In this document: piece after piece, positions 29,513 to 38,046 of the stretch
Numbering within the stretch: position 1 is the first letter of the stretch
How the letters are laid out: each line of letters begins with the position of its first letter
Assembly (NCBI GenBank): GCA_036261735.1
Contig: DATAKH010000103.1
Coordinates: 1-38,046 of the forward strand
From: Sphingomicrobium sp.
GTDB lineage: Bacteria; Pseudomonadota; Alphaproteobacteria; Sphingomonadales; Sphingomonadaceae
Direction of reading: 5' to 3'
DNA length: 38,046 nt
Notes under the pieces: model-generated
The model's input: only the letters and a program-made list of their open reading frames with translations
Told to the model about the DNA's origin: nothing
The model's database searches: none
Translations under genes and position numbers: made by a program

Positions 29513-29968
29513 ATGATCTACTTCGAAGACCTGGAGGTCGGGGCCGAAACCTATTTCGGCTCCTACGAGGTGACCCGGGAGGAAGTGCTCGAATTCGCGC
29601 GCAAGTACGACCCGCAGCCGTTCCACCTTTCCGACGAGGAAGCGGCCAAGACCCACTTCGGGCGAATCGCCGCCAGCGGCTGGCACACCTGCGCGATGAC
29701 GATGGCGGTGATCGCCCGCTACGTCGTCGGGGACGAACAGGCCGGGCTCGGCTCGCCGGGCGTTGACGAACTCCGCTGGCTGAAACCAGTCTATCCCGGC
29801 GACACGCTCCACGTCCGCGGCAAGATCGTCGAGACGAGGCCGTCACGAAGCAAGCCCGAGATCGGCTCCTTTCGGACCGAAACGACGGTCACCAACCAGG
29901 ACGAGGTGCCGGTGATGCGCTTCACCTCCATCGTGCTGATGCGCAGGCGTCCGCAGCCGGGCGGCTGA
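29513..29968 (+). CDS. MaoC-family hotdog-fold dehydratase
   Basis: C-terminal part of ORF 29003..29968: MIYFEDL, FARKYDPQPFH, IAASGWHT, LRWLKPVYPGD. Confidence 0.9.
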   Translation: MIYFEDLEVGAETYFGSYEVTREEVLEFARKYDPQPFHLSDEEAAKTHFGRIAASGWHTCAMTMAVIARYVVGDEQAGLGSPGVDELRWLKPVYPGDTLHVRGKIVETRPSRSKPEIGSFRTETTVTNQDEVPVMRFTSIVLMRRRPQPGG

Positions 29969-29979
29969 ATCCCGCGTCC

Positions 29980-31584
29980 TTACTTGTCCGGGTCTTCGAC
30001 CTTGAACGGGTCGGACTTGCTCGGTGCGGTGGGAAGCGGCGGCCGCGGAAGCACTTCGTCGCTGTTCGCCGCCTGCCAGAGCATCGCCGCAAGGATCGTC
30101 GCAGCCTGGCGAACGTCGTCGGGCGGGGCATGGTCGAGCGTGTCGACGCTCGAATGGTGCGTGACTCCGCCGTAGTCGAGCGGGTCCTGGATGAACTGGA
30201 AGCCGGGCAGGCCGACCGCCTGCATATATTCGTGGTCGGTCCCGCCGGTCTTGCTCGTCACCACTGCCGACGCACCCATGCTGTCGAACGGGGAGAGCCA
30301 CTTCTTCAGCAACGGGATCGCGGCAATGTTGTTCTCCGCGTAGATGCCACGGATCTTGCCGGCGCCGTTGTCGAGATTGAAATAGGCCTTGAGCTGGTCG
30401 TAGCCCGGCTTCTTCTCAATCGGGAAGGCGCCCGGCCATTCGGCGAAATAGTCGAGCGGGCCGAGCCCGGGATCGACCGGACGGTGCGCCAGGTGCTGCT
30501 CGATATAGGCGGTCGAGCCCATGATCGCCTGCTCTTCGCCGCTCCACAGGGCGAAGCGGATGGTTCGCTTGGGCCGCACGCCCAGGCTCTTGATGATCCG
30601 GGCGGCCTCGATGACGATCACGGAGGGCACGCCGTCGTCGGTTGCGCCGTCGGCGGCGATCCAGCTGTCGAAGTGGCCGCCCGCCATCACATAGCCGGCG
30701 TTGGGGTCGCTGCCGCGAATATCCGCGACGAGATTGTCGGCGGTAAGGTCCCTTTCGTTGAAGCGGGCGGCAATCGTGAAGCTGATCACGGGCGGCCTGC
30801 CGTCGGTTTCGAGCCGAGCCAGCCGCCGATAATCCTCCGCGCCGAGCTCCATGAACGGCAGAGCAAGGGTCTTGCCCGGCTCGATCAGATAGCCTTCACC
30901 GCTGACCAGGCCCCAGTCGCGATAGCTCTTGCGGACCATGCCGACCGCGCCCTCGGCCTTGAGGAACCGTGACAGCTCGAGCGGGAATTTGTCGCCTTTG
31001 ACGAACTCCTTGTACGTCCGCAGCTCGTCTTTCGGGAGCTCATATTCGTCGAGCTTGGCGATGTCGCTGTCCTCGTAGCGGCGGAACGGCGAGGTGGACC
31101 ATTGCCTGGGCGCGCCGGGCAGGCTGACCATTACGATCTTGCCCGCAAGCTTGCCGCGCCATTTGTCGAAATGCTCTTTCTTGCTCATCGGCGCGAGGAT
31201 CACCGGCGCGGTAAGGGGGCCGTTCGTCGGCGGCGACCATCCGACCGGCATCGATCGCATCACTATCCCGCGCGGTTCGACCATCTGCGCCGACCAGGAA
31301 TCGAGGTTCCAGCCGAGTCCGAACTGGTAGGGTTCGCGGTGCACGTTCTCGAGCCCGTACTGGCGGAACTTGCCGAGAGCCCAGTCGGCAGCCCTGTCGA
31401 AATTCTCCGAGTTGGTCAGCCGCGGACCGATCCCGTCCATTAGCTCGGAGGCATTACGCATCGCCTGGCTGTGGCTGAGCCCCTCGTCGATGATCCGGTC
31501 AATCTCGCTGCTGGCCCCGGCGGCTGGCGCGGCCAGCGCCGCAAGCGCCACGGAAGCGACGCAAACCCATCGGAATCGCAGCAT
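29980..31584 (-). CDS. M28 family metallopeptidase (carboxypeptidase Q-like), exported
   Basis: Signal peptide, IGPRLTNS, GHFDSW, GATDDG, WSGEEQ, NLDNG, THHS. Confidence 0.9.
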   Translation of the reverse strand: MLRFRWVCVASVALAALAAPAAGASSEIDRIIDEGLSHSQAMRNASELMDGIGPRLTNSENFDRAADWALGKFRQYGLENVHREPYQFGLGWNLDSWSAQMVEPRGIVMRSMPVGWSPPTNGPLTAPVILAPMSKKEHFDKWRGKLAGKIVMVSLPGAPRQWSTSPFRRYEDSDIAKLDEYELPKDELRTYKEFVKGDKFPLELSRFLKAEGAVGMVRKSYRDWGLVSGEGYLIEPGKTLALPFMELGAEDYRRLARLETDGRPPVISFTIAARFNERDLTADNLVADIRGSDPNAGYVMAGGHFDSWIAADGATDDGVPSVIVIEAARIIKSLGVRPKRTIRFALWSGEEQAIMGSTAYIEQHLAHRPVDPGLGPLDYFAEWPGAFPIEKKPGYDQLKAYFNLDNGAGKIRGIYAENNIAAIPLLKKWLSPFDSMGASAVVTSKTGGTDHEYMQAVGLPGFQFIQDPLDYGGVTHHSSVDTLDHAPPDDVRQAATILAAMLWQAANSDEVLPRPPLPTAPSKSDPFKVEDPDK

Positions 31585-31678
31585 TCGTCCCTCCCCGAAA
31601 CAGGAGAGCGCACCGTGCATGAATCCGCGAGCGCCGCAATCGCATTACTGCAAACGGGCGAGGAGCGTCGGCGAACCT

Positions 31679-32179
31679 TTAGCGGCGGTTCGAGCGCTGA
31701 TCGTCGTCGCGGTCGCGATTCCGGTCGCGGCGGCTGCGATCGCGGTCGTTGCGGTCGTTGCGGTCGCGGCGGTCGAATCCGCTCCAGTTCTCGCGGTTTT
31801 CCCTGCGCTCCCTGGTTCCGCTGTGGTGGCCGTCACGGTCCCGGCGGCTGGTCCAGTACCGCCTTTGCCTGTCGGTCCAGCGATGCGGACGGCGATAGCT
31901 GTCGTAAACGTAATAGCCGGTGCCCGGGTAATAATAATTGTCGTACCAGCCGTAATAGGGCGCGCCGTAGCTCCCATAGGTGCCGTAGCTCCCGTAGCCG
32001 CCGTAATAGGGGTCGTAATAACCGCCGTAGCCGCCGTAGCCGGTGCTAACGCCGATCGAGACGCCGCTGCCGTAACCGCCATAGCCACCATAGCCGCCAT
32101 AGCCGCCATAGCCGTAGCCGGTGGCGCAGCCGCCGAGGGCCGCCGAACCGGCAAGAAGAAGTACAAGGCGTGCGCGCAT
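31679..32179 (-). CDS. Gly/Tyr-rich low-complexity lipoprotein with an Arg/Asp tail
   Basis: SD GGAGGG; lipobox LGGC; GGY repeats; YYGWYDNYYYPGTGYYVYD core. Confidence 0.8.
   Translation of the reverse strand: MRARLVLLLAGSAALGGCATGYGYGGYGGYGGYGGYGSGVSIGVSTGYGGYGGYYDPYYGGYGSYGTYGSYGAPYYGWYDNYYYPGTGYYVYDSYRRPHRWTDRQRRYWTSRRDRDGHHSGTRERRENRENWSGFDRRDRNDRNDRDRSRRDRNRDRDDDQRSNRR
32070..32120 (-). repeat. Imperfect 9-bp tandem repeat (GGCTATGGC-like) encoding GGY units
   Basis: Plus strand reads cgccatagc/caccatagc/cgccatagc/cgccatagc with degenerate flanking copies. Confidence 0.85.
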
Positions 32180-32293
32180 AAGTCCCTCCGAACGCGAGGA
32201 TGTTTAGGTTAACCGCGGACGAAGGATGCGCCTGTCCTGATGTCGCTGGGATGAATGACAATCGTCTTCGGCGCGCGATAACGCCGATGAAGG

Positions 32294-33217
32294 TCAGTCG
32301 CTGACGCCCGCCTTGCGGTTGGCTCGGCGCCGCTTTGCCTTGTTCTCCGGCTCGATCGCGCCGGTCACCCGCACCTTGCGCTTCGCTTCGGCCCAGACGT
32401 TCCGATAGGCGAGGTGGCCGAGGATGGTCGCGAACAGCAGGAAGACGACGACCGCTATCCCCGCGGCATGCCTGTTCTCCAGCTTCGGCTCTGCGGCCCA
32501 TACCAGGAATGCGGCAACGTCCGTGGCCATCTGATCGACCGTAGGCGGCGTCCCGTCGGCATATTGGACCTGTCCTTCGCTGGTCAGCGGCGGCGGCATC
32601 GCGATGTTCAAATTGGCGAAGTACGGGTTGAAGTAGAGTCCCTCCGGAGTCTTCGCTGCCGGAAACTTGTGTACCAGCTCCGCGGGCTGGTTCTGGTAAC
32701 CCGTCAGAAGCGAGTGGATGTAGGCCGCTCCGCCCTCGCGCGCCTTGGTGATCAGCGACAGGTCGGGCGGGAGCGCATTGTTGTTCGCAGCGCGCGCGGC
32801 CACCTCGTTCGGATAGGGCGACGGGAAGCGGTCGGACGCGAGCGCCGGCCGGGTTGCGGCCTCGCCGGTCTCCGGGTTGATGCTCGGGACTTCGATCTGC
32901 CACTGGCTGGCGATCGCCTTCACTTCGGCTTCGCTATAGCCGAGGCCTTCAAGGTCATAGAAGGCGACGTGGCTAAGGCCGTGGCAGGCCGCGCAGACCT
33001 CCTTGTACACCTGGAAGCCGCGCTGGAGCTGCTGCCGGTCGAAGTGGCCCAGCGGGCCGTCGCTGGCCAGATGGAGCGGCTTGGGATGCTTGTGGAACTC
33101 CTCCTCGGCCGTCGGCTCGGGAGGGTCGCTGAAATGGGTGCTGAGGCCGCTGAACAGCGACCATAGGAGCACGACCGAAAAGGCAGCCCCGATGAAACCG
33201 AGTAACCAGCGAATCAT
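32294..33217 (-). CDS. petC: Cytochrome c1
   Basis: [31 protein letters not shown]-terminal TM anchor. Confidence 0.96.
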   Translation of the reverse strand: MIRWLLGFIGAAFSVVLLWSLFSGLSTHFSDPPEPTAEEEFHKHPKPLHLASDGPLGHFDRQQLQRGFQVYKEVCAACHGLSHVAFYDLEGLGYSEAEVKAIASQWQIEVPSINPETGEAATRPALASDRFPSPYPNEVAARAANNNALPPDLSLITKAREGGAAYIHSLLTGYQNQPAELVHKFPAAKTPEGLYFNPYFANLNIAMPPPLTSEGQVQYADGTPPTVDQMATDVAAFLVWAAEPKLENRHAAGIAVVVFLLFATILGHLAYRNVWAEAKRKVRVTGAIEPENKAKRRRANRKAGVSD

Positions 33218-34536
33218 TTACGGCTGCTCCCTTCGCCGGCGATGGTTGTCGTGCCGGGCTCGACGCCGGCCGGAGCGCTTTCCTGCTTTTCCCCGTGCAA
33301 GACCGAATCGGTGATCGAGCGGGGCAATGGCAACGGAGTCTCGAACTTCGAGATCAGCGGCAGGATGATCAGGAAATGCGCGAAATAATATGCCGAGGTA
33401 ATCTGGCCGATCGCGACCGGCAGCGCGGTCGCCGGCTGCCCGCCTGCCCAGCCCAGGATGAGAACATCGGCGACCAGGATCCAGAAGAATGTGCGGAACA
33501 GCGGCCGGTAATTGCCCGAACGGACCGGCGACTTGTCGATCCAGGGAAGGAAGAACAGCAGCAGGATCGAAGCGAACATCGCAAGCACGCCCCACAGCTT
33601 GGCCGGCAGGATGAAGTCCGTCGTGAAAGCGCGAAGGATCGCGTAGAAGGGCCAGAAATACCATTCCGGAACGATGTGCGCCGGGGTCGCCAGCGGGTTC
33701 GCCGGAATGTAATTGTCCGGGTGGCCAAGCGCGTTCGGCGCGAAGAACACGACGAGTGCGAAAACGAGCAGGACCCCGCCCGCGAACCAGCCGTCCTTGG
33801 CGGTGTAGAACGGGTGGAACGGAAGCGTGTCCTTCTCGTCCTTCACGTCCACTCCGGTCGGGTTGCTCGATCCGGGGATATGGAGCGCCCAGATGTGCAG
33901 TACGACGACCGCCGCGATCACGAACGGCAACAAATAGTGGAGCGAGAAGAAGCGGGTCAGCGCCGCCTGGTCCGGAGCATAGCCGCCGAGCAGCCACACC
34001 CGAAGCGGCTCGCCGATCAGCGGGATCGCCCCGAAGAAGCCGGTGATGACCTGCGCGCCCCAATAGCTCATCTGGCCCCAGGGCAGGACGTAGCCCATGA
34101 AGGCCGTCGCCATCATCAGCAGGTAGATGACAAGGCCGAGGATCCACACCAGCTCGCGCGGCGCCTTGTACGATCCGTAATAGAGGCCGCGGAAAATGTG
34201 GATGTAGGTGACAATGAAAAAGAAGCTGGCGCCGTTGGCGTGCGTGTAGCGTAGCAGCCATCCCGCGTTGACGTCGCGCATGATGTGCTCGACCGAATTG
34301 AAGGCGCCGTCGCCGGTCGCATAATACCACATCGCAAGCACGATGCCCGTGACGATCTGGATGGTCAGGAAAAGCCCGGCGAGGACTCCGAAATTCCACC
34401 AGTAATTGAGGTTGCGCGGCACCGGATAGCCGCCACCCACCGCGCCGTACACAAGACGCGGGAGCGGCAGGCGCTCGTCGAGCCAGCGCATGAACGGATT
34501 TTTCGGTTCGTAGGCCTTGGCCCAGGAAAAGCTCAT
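33214..34536 (-). CDS. petB: Cytochrome b
   Basis: [33 protein letters not shown]. Confidence 0.98.
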   Translation of the reverse strand: MSFSWAKAYEPKNPFMRWLDERLPLPRLVYGAVGGGYPVPRNLNYWWNFGVLAGLFLTIQIVTGIVLAMWYYATGDGAFNSVEHIMRDVNAGWLLRYTHANGASFFFIVTYIHIFRGLYYGSYKAPRELVWILGLVIYLLMMATAFMGYVLPWGQMSYWGAQVITGFFGAIPLIGEPLRVWLLGGYAPDQAALTRFFSLHYLLPFVIAAVVVLHIWALHIPGSSNPTGVDVKDEKDTLPFHPFYTAKDGWFAGGVLLVFALVVFFAPNALGHPDNYIPANPLATPAHIVPEWYFWPFYAILRAFTTDFILPAKLWGVLAMFASILLLFFLPWIDKSPVRSGNYRPLFRTFFWILVADVLILGWAGGQPATALPVAIGQITSAYYFAHFLIILPLISKFETPLPLPRSITDSVLHGEKQESAPAGVEPGTTTIAGEGSSRK

Positions 34537-34553
34537 TGTGTCACGCTCTCCCC

Positions 34554-35102
34554 TCAGCCGATCCGGACCGTGGTCGGCGACGTGAATTCATAATCGGGAA
34601 CGAAAAGGTTGCTCGGCGCCGGGCCGGAGCGAATTCGGGCTGCGGTGTCATAGGCCGAACCGTGGCACGGGCAGAAATAGCCGCCGAACGGCCCCTTGTT
34701 CTCACCCTCGCCGATGCCCAGCGGGACGCAGCCCAGATGGGTGCACACGCCAAGCGTGATCAGCCAGTTCGCCTTGCCGGGCTTGGTGCGCTGGGCAAGC
34801 GTCTGCGGGTCGCGAAGCTCGGACATCGGGACAGCATTCGCTTCCTGTATTTCCTTGGGAGTCAGGTTGCGGACGAAAACGGGCTGCTTTCGCCATACCG
34901 TCTTGATCCCCTGCCCGGGCTGGATCTTGGAAATATCGACCTCGACGGTCGACAGCGCCAGGACGTCCGCCGGAGGCGACATCTGGACAAGCAGCGGAGC
35001 AATTGCAGCGACAGCGCCGACACCGGCAAAGCTCACCGCCGCAACATTGAGAAAATCGCGGCGGCGAACGCCATCGCCAGCCGTAACCGAAACGTCAGCC
35101 AT
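34554..35102 (-). CDS. petA: Rieske iron-sulfur subunit of the bc1 complex
   Basis: Tat motif RRRDFL; CTHLGC and CPCHGS. Confidence 0.98.
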   Translation of the reverse strand: MADVSVTAGDGVRRRDFLNVAAVSFAGVGAVAAIAPLLVQMSPPADVLALSTVEVDISKIQPGQGIKTVWRKQPVFVRNLTPKEIQEANAVPMSELRDPQTLAQRTKPGKANWLITLGVCTHLGCVPLGIGEGENKGPFGGYFCPCHGSAYDTAARIRSGPAPSNLFVPDYEFTSPTTVRIG

Positions 35103-35161
35103 GCTTACCCTATGACAAGTGGCGGCCCGCCCAACGGGGCCCCCTTAGGCGATTGGCGGGC

Positions 35162-35190
35162 CTGATAGCGACCGCGTCCCGCACTGCCAA
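35162..35190 (-). promoter_or_regulatory. Sigma70-type promoter of petABC
   Basis: Minus strand TTGGCA-N17-TATCAG, followed by a GC-rich 5' hairpin at 35124-35162. Confidence 0.55.
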
Positions 35191-35272
35191 GGGGCCGATT
35201 TCGCAAGTCGCCGGCTCAATACGCAAAATGCCGAGCTTGCTTCCGCGGCGCGGCCTGGCAATGAGCCTGCCG

Positions 35273-36139
35273 ATGCTTTCCCTCGACCAGCAGCAACAGT
35301 CGGCGAAGGACTGGTTCGAGTCGCTCCGGGACCGGATTTGCGCCGCCTTCGAAGAGATTGAGCGCGAAGCCGGATCGGATTCGGCCTTCGTCCGCACGCC
35401 GTGGGACCGCGAGGACGAATCGGGCGCCAGCGGCGGCGGCGGGGTCCGCGCGCAAATGAACGGCAGCGTGTTCGAAAAGGTCGGCGTCAACGTCTCCACC
35501 GTCGGCGGCCGCTTTTCGCCCGAGTTCGCCAAGACGATACTGGGCGCTGACGAGGCCGACCCGCGATTCTTCGCCACCGGGATCAGCCTGGTCGCGCACA
35601 TGGCCAATCCGCACGTGCCGGCGGTGCACATGAACACCCGTTTCCTGGCGACGACGAAGCGCTGGTTCGGCGGTGGAGCCGACCTCAACCCGGCGATCCC
35701 CTGCCAGGAGGACACGGACGCCTTTCACGCCCGGCTTCGGGCCGCATGCGCGGCGCACGACCCGACCTTTTACCCGCGCTTCTCGAAATGGGCGGACGAA
35801 TACTTTTTCCTCCCCCACCGTGGCGTATCGCGCGGGGTCGGCGGAATCTTCTACGACCATCTCGAGTGCCGCGAGCCCGGCGAGGGTGCGACCTTCGATC
35901 AGAATTTCGCCTTCACCCGCGACGTCGGCGAGGCCTTCCTCGACATCTTCCCCAAAATCATCCGCAAGCGCATGGGCACCAAGTTCAGCGAGGCTGACAT
36001 GGAGCGGCTGCTCGAGTTCCGCGGCCGCTATGTCGAGTTCAACCTGCTCTACGACCGCGGAACCCTGTTCGGTCTCAAGACCGGCGGCAACATCGATGCG
36101 ATCCTGATGAGCCTGCCGCCGCTGGCCAAGTGGAGCTAA
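35273..36139 (+). CDS. hemF: Oxygen-dependent coproporphyrinogen III oxidase
   Basis: FEKVGVNVS, VHMNTR, WFGGGADL, RGVGGIFYD, RGRYVEFNLLYDRGT. Start is ATG 35273 or 35261. Confidence 0.96.
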   Translation: MLSLDQQQQSAKDWFESLRDRICAAFEEIEREAGSDSAFVRTPWDREDESGASGGGGVRAQMNGSVFEKVGVNVSTVGGRFSPEFAKTILGADEADPRFFATGISLVAHMANPHVPAVHMNTRFLATTKRWFGGGADLNPAIPCQEDTDAFHARLRAACAAHDPTFYPRFSKWADEYFFLPHRGVSRGVGGIFYDHLECREPGEGATFDQNFAFTRDVGEAFLDIFPKIIRKRMGTKFSEADMERLLEFRGRYVEFNLLYDRGTLFGLKTGGNIDAILMSLPPLAKWS

Positions 36140-37968
36140 CGCCTCCGCGGCGCTGACCTCACGGCTTCCGTTTTCGAATCGACCGCCGCCTTCCAGTTCA
36201 TGATCCGGTGGACGACGGCGGCGCGCTCGGCTGGAGCCAGCCTGTCCGCGATGTCCACCGTTTCGTTCGGGTCGCGCACAATGTCGAAGGCCTGCAGCTG
36301 GTCGGTGACATAATAATAATTGTACTTCATCCGCCCTTCCTGGAAGCCCATCACCAGGTGCAGCCACGCCGCTGCGAAGAAGACGCGCCGCGGCCGCAGC
36401 GGTTTCGTAAGGTCGAGTCCCTGGAACGTCTCCGGCGCGGGCACTCGAGCCAGCGACAGCAGCGTCGGAGCGACGTCGATGAGGCGGACGGGAGAAGGGT
36501 CGACGACACCAGAAAACATCCGCTTGTTGACGAGCATCAGCGGCACCCGAACCGTCTCTCGATAGACGTCGTTGCCGTGGGATTGGGTGCCGTGCTGGAG
36601 GAACGCTTCGCCGTGGTCCCCGACTATCACTACCAGCGTGTCGTCCAGCCGGCCGTTCTGCTCCAGCCACGCAACCAGCTCACCGACCTGCCGGTCGGTC
36701 TCCCTGATCCCGGCGATGTAGCGGCTCACCGCAAGTTTCGGGTTGCCGGCGATCCGCGAAGGATCCGCACCGTAGGGATAGTGGGTCCGGTAGGTCCATA
36801 GCAGCGCCGCGAAGGGCTGGCCGGACTGCGTGATCCAGTGCCTGAGCGAGGCGAAACTGCAGTCCTCGCATTGCCGATCGTCGGGGATTTCCTCGAGATG
36901 GCCGGCCCGCCCCTTCAGGTAGCGGGGAAAGTCCATGAAACCCCAGTTCGCCGAAAATACCGCGGTCCTCCTGCCGCTGGAGCCGAGCGATTCGAGCAAT
37001 GTGGTCGCCGGAAATTCGGGCTCGACCATCGGGATCGCGCGCGGGGACACCGGCGGGTACATGCCCGCCATCAGGCTGAACAGCGACATCGGCGAGCTCG
37101 CCATAGGCGCGAACGTGTTCGGGAAATAAGCGGCATTGGCCTTGAGCCGGTTCAGGTTCGGCGCGGCGGCCGAGTCCAGATAGTCGGTCCCGACCGATTC
37201 GAGCACGACCACCAGGACGTTGCGGATATGCGCCTCGCGAATTGCAGGCGGAGAAATGACGCTTTTCAAAGCGTAGGTCTCGAAAGGATCGAGCAAATCC
37301 GGATCGCTGACCTGCACGGCCCGTCCGGACGGCGGCGCGATCGCCGACATCGCCAGCCGCCATCCGGCGTTCGCGTTCCGCCCCCGGCTGTCGCCGTCAC
37401 CGTACAGAAGCGCGTGCAGTGGCAAGGCAACCAGAGCCGGCAGCGCCGCGAGGACCACGGCCCACGCCACGGCCGGGCCACCGAGACTGCGCCAACGCCG
37501 GACCGCTGGAAGAAGGGCAAACGACGCTGTCAGAACCATGGCAAGGCCGAGGACGAGCCTGTCCGCCCGCGTCATATATTTCGTCAGCGAGGCGAGACCC
37601 GAGAGGTTCAGGAAGTCGCCGTAGCTGAGCAAGTTTATCGTCGCCGGCTGATTATAGACCCTCATGACTCCGACGTTGATCGCGCCGGTCAGCATCAGAT
37701 ACCCGGCGGCCAGCGCCATGAAGGTCGCCGCCGCCGCGGCCGAGCCCCGTGCGATCGCCAAGGTCAGCAATGCGACGATCGAGACCGCGAGCGCGTCCGA
37801 TCCGAGGTGGCCGATCGCGGCGAGCACCGTCTGGGCCGTCAGCTGTTCGGGCGGCGGCTGGGCCTGGTAGGCGATGATCAGCCGGCAGAGGAACAAATGG
37901 CCAAGGACGATCAGCGCATAGAGCAGGAACGGCAGCGTCCCGCTCAACCGCGAGTCCGTGCGCGCCAT
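36136..37968 (-). CDS. Membrane-anchored alkaline-phosphatase-superfamily protein (LTA synthase/sulfatase-like)
   Basis: About five N-terminal TM segments, then NVLVVVLES, THYPY, VGDHGE, VPL and DVAPTLL. Confidence 0.85.
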   Translation of the reverse strand: MARTDSRLSGTLPFLLYALIVLGHLFLCRLIIAYQAQPPPEQLTAQTVLAAIGHLGSDALAVSIVALLTLAIARGSAAAAATFMALAAGYLMLTGAINVGVMRVYNQPATINLLSYGDFLNLSGLASLTKYMTRADRLVLGLAMVLTASFALLPAVRRWRSLGGPAVAWAVVLAALPALVALPLHALLYGDGDSRGRNANAGWRLAMSAIAPPSGRAVQVSDPDLLDPFETYALKSVISPPAIREAHIRNVLVVVLESVGTDYLDSAAAPNLNRLKANAAYFPNTFAPMASSPMSLFSLMAGMYPPVSPRAIPMVEPEFPATTLLESLGSSGRRTAVFSANWGFMDFPRYLKGRAGHLEEIPDDRQCEDCSFASLRHWITQSGQPFAALLWTYRTHYPYGADPSRIAGNPKLAVSRYIAGIRETDRQVGELVAWLEQNGRLDDTLVVIVGDHGEAFLQHGTQSHGNDVYRETVRVPLMLVNKRMFSGVVDPSPVRLIDVAPTLLSLARVPAPETFQGLDLTKPLRPRRVFFAAAWLHLVMGFQEGRMKYNYYYVTDQLQAFDIVRDPNETVDIADRLAPAERAAVVHRIMNWKAAVDSKTEAVRSAPRRR

Positions 37969-38046
37969 CAGCCTGAGGTCCCGGCAGGGATCAAATGATC
38001 GTTTCCTTCCCCCTTCGCGGTTGGCTCCGCCCACCGGCGCGGATAT

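Noticed and set aside
31700-32120. Short repeats considered as a CRISPR array or mobile-element ends
   Set aside because: They are 6-9 bp coding repeats without spacers, and no cas or transposase gene is present.
31370-32212. Several overlapping open frames on both strands over the GGY gene
   Set aside because: Low-complexity repeats lack stop codons; only 31679..32179 has an SD and a lipobox.

Overview
GC-rich alphaproteobacterial chromosome segment; gene content and order suggest a sphingomonad (inference). Mostly housekeeping. Left to right: a glycine-cleavage operon (gcvT-gcvH-methyltransferase-gcvPA, running off the left edge) under a tandem glycine riboswitch; ispH-rnhA; a Tad/Cpa pilus assembly cluster (cpaA-B-C-D-E, tadB, tadC) with no pilin or CpaF ATPase in the window; glyQS; two TraB/GumN paralogues; rplY-pth; a TIR/TolB-like/TPR gene with a divergent 2OG-Fe(II) oxygenase between pth and ychF; a PAP2 phosphatase, TonB-dependent receptor and TPR-sulfotransferase cluster whose sulfotransferase has one in-frame TAG; a MaoC dehydratase; an M28 peptidase; a Gly/Tyr-rich lipoprotein; petABC; hemF; and an LTA-synthase-like protein. 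I saw no rRNA, tRNA, IS, prophage or CRISPR array. Best leads: the amber-interrupted sulfotransferase/receptor cluster, the TIR-TPR protein, a probable CTG-start methyltransferase coupled to gcvH, a candidate rplY leader RNA, and a repeated back-to-back leaderless promoter geometry. All calls come from motif recognition by eye; no database searches were run.
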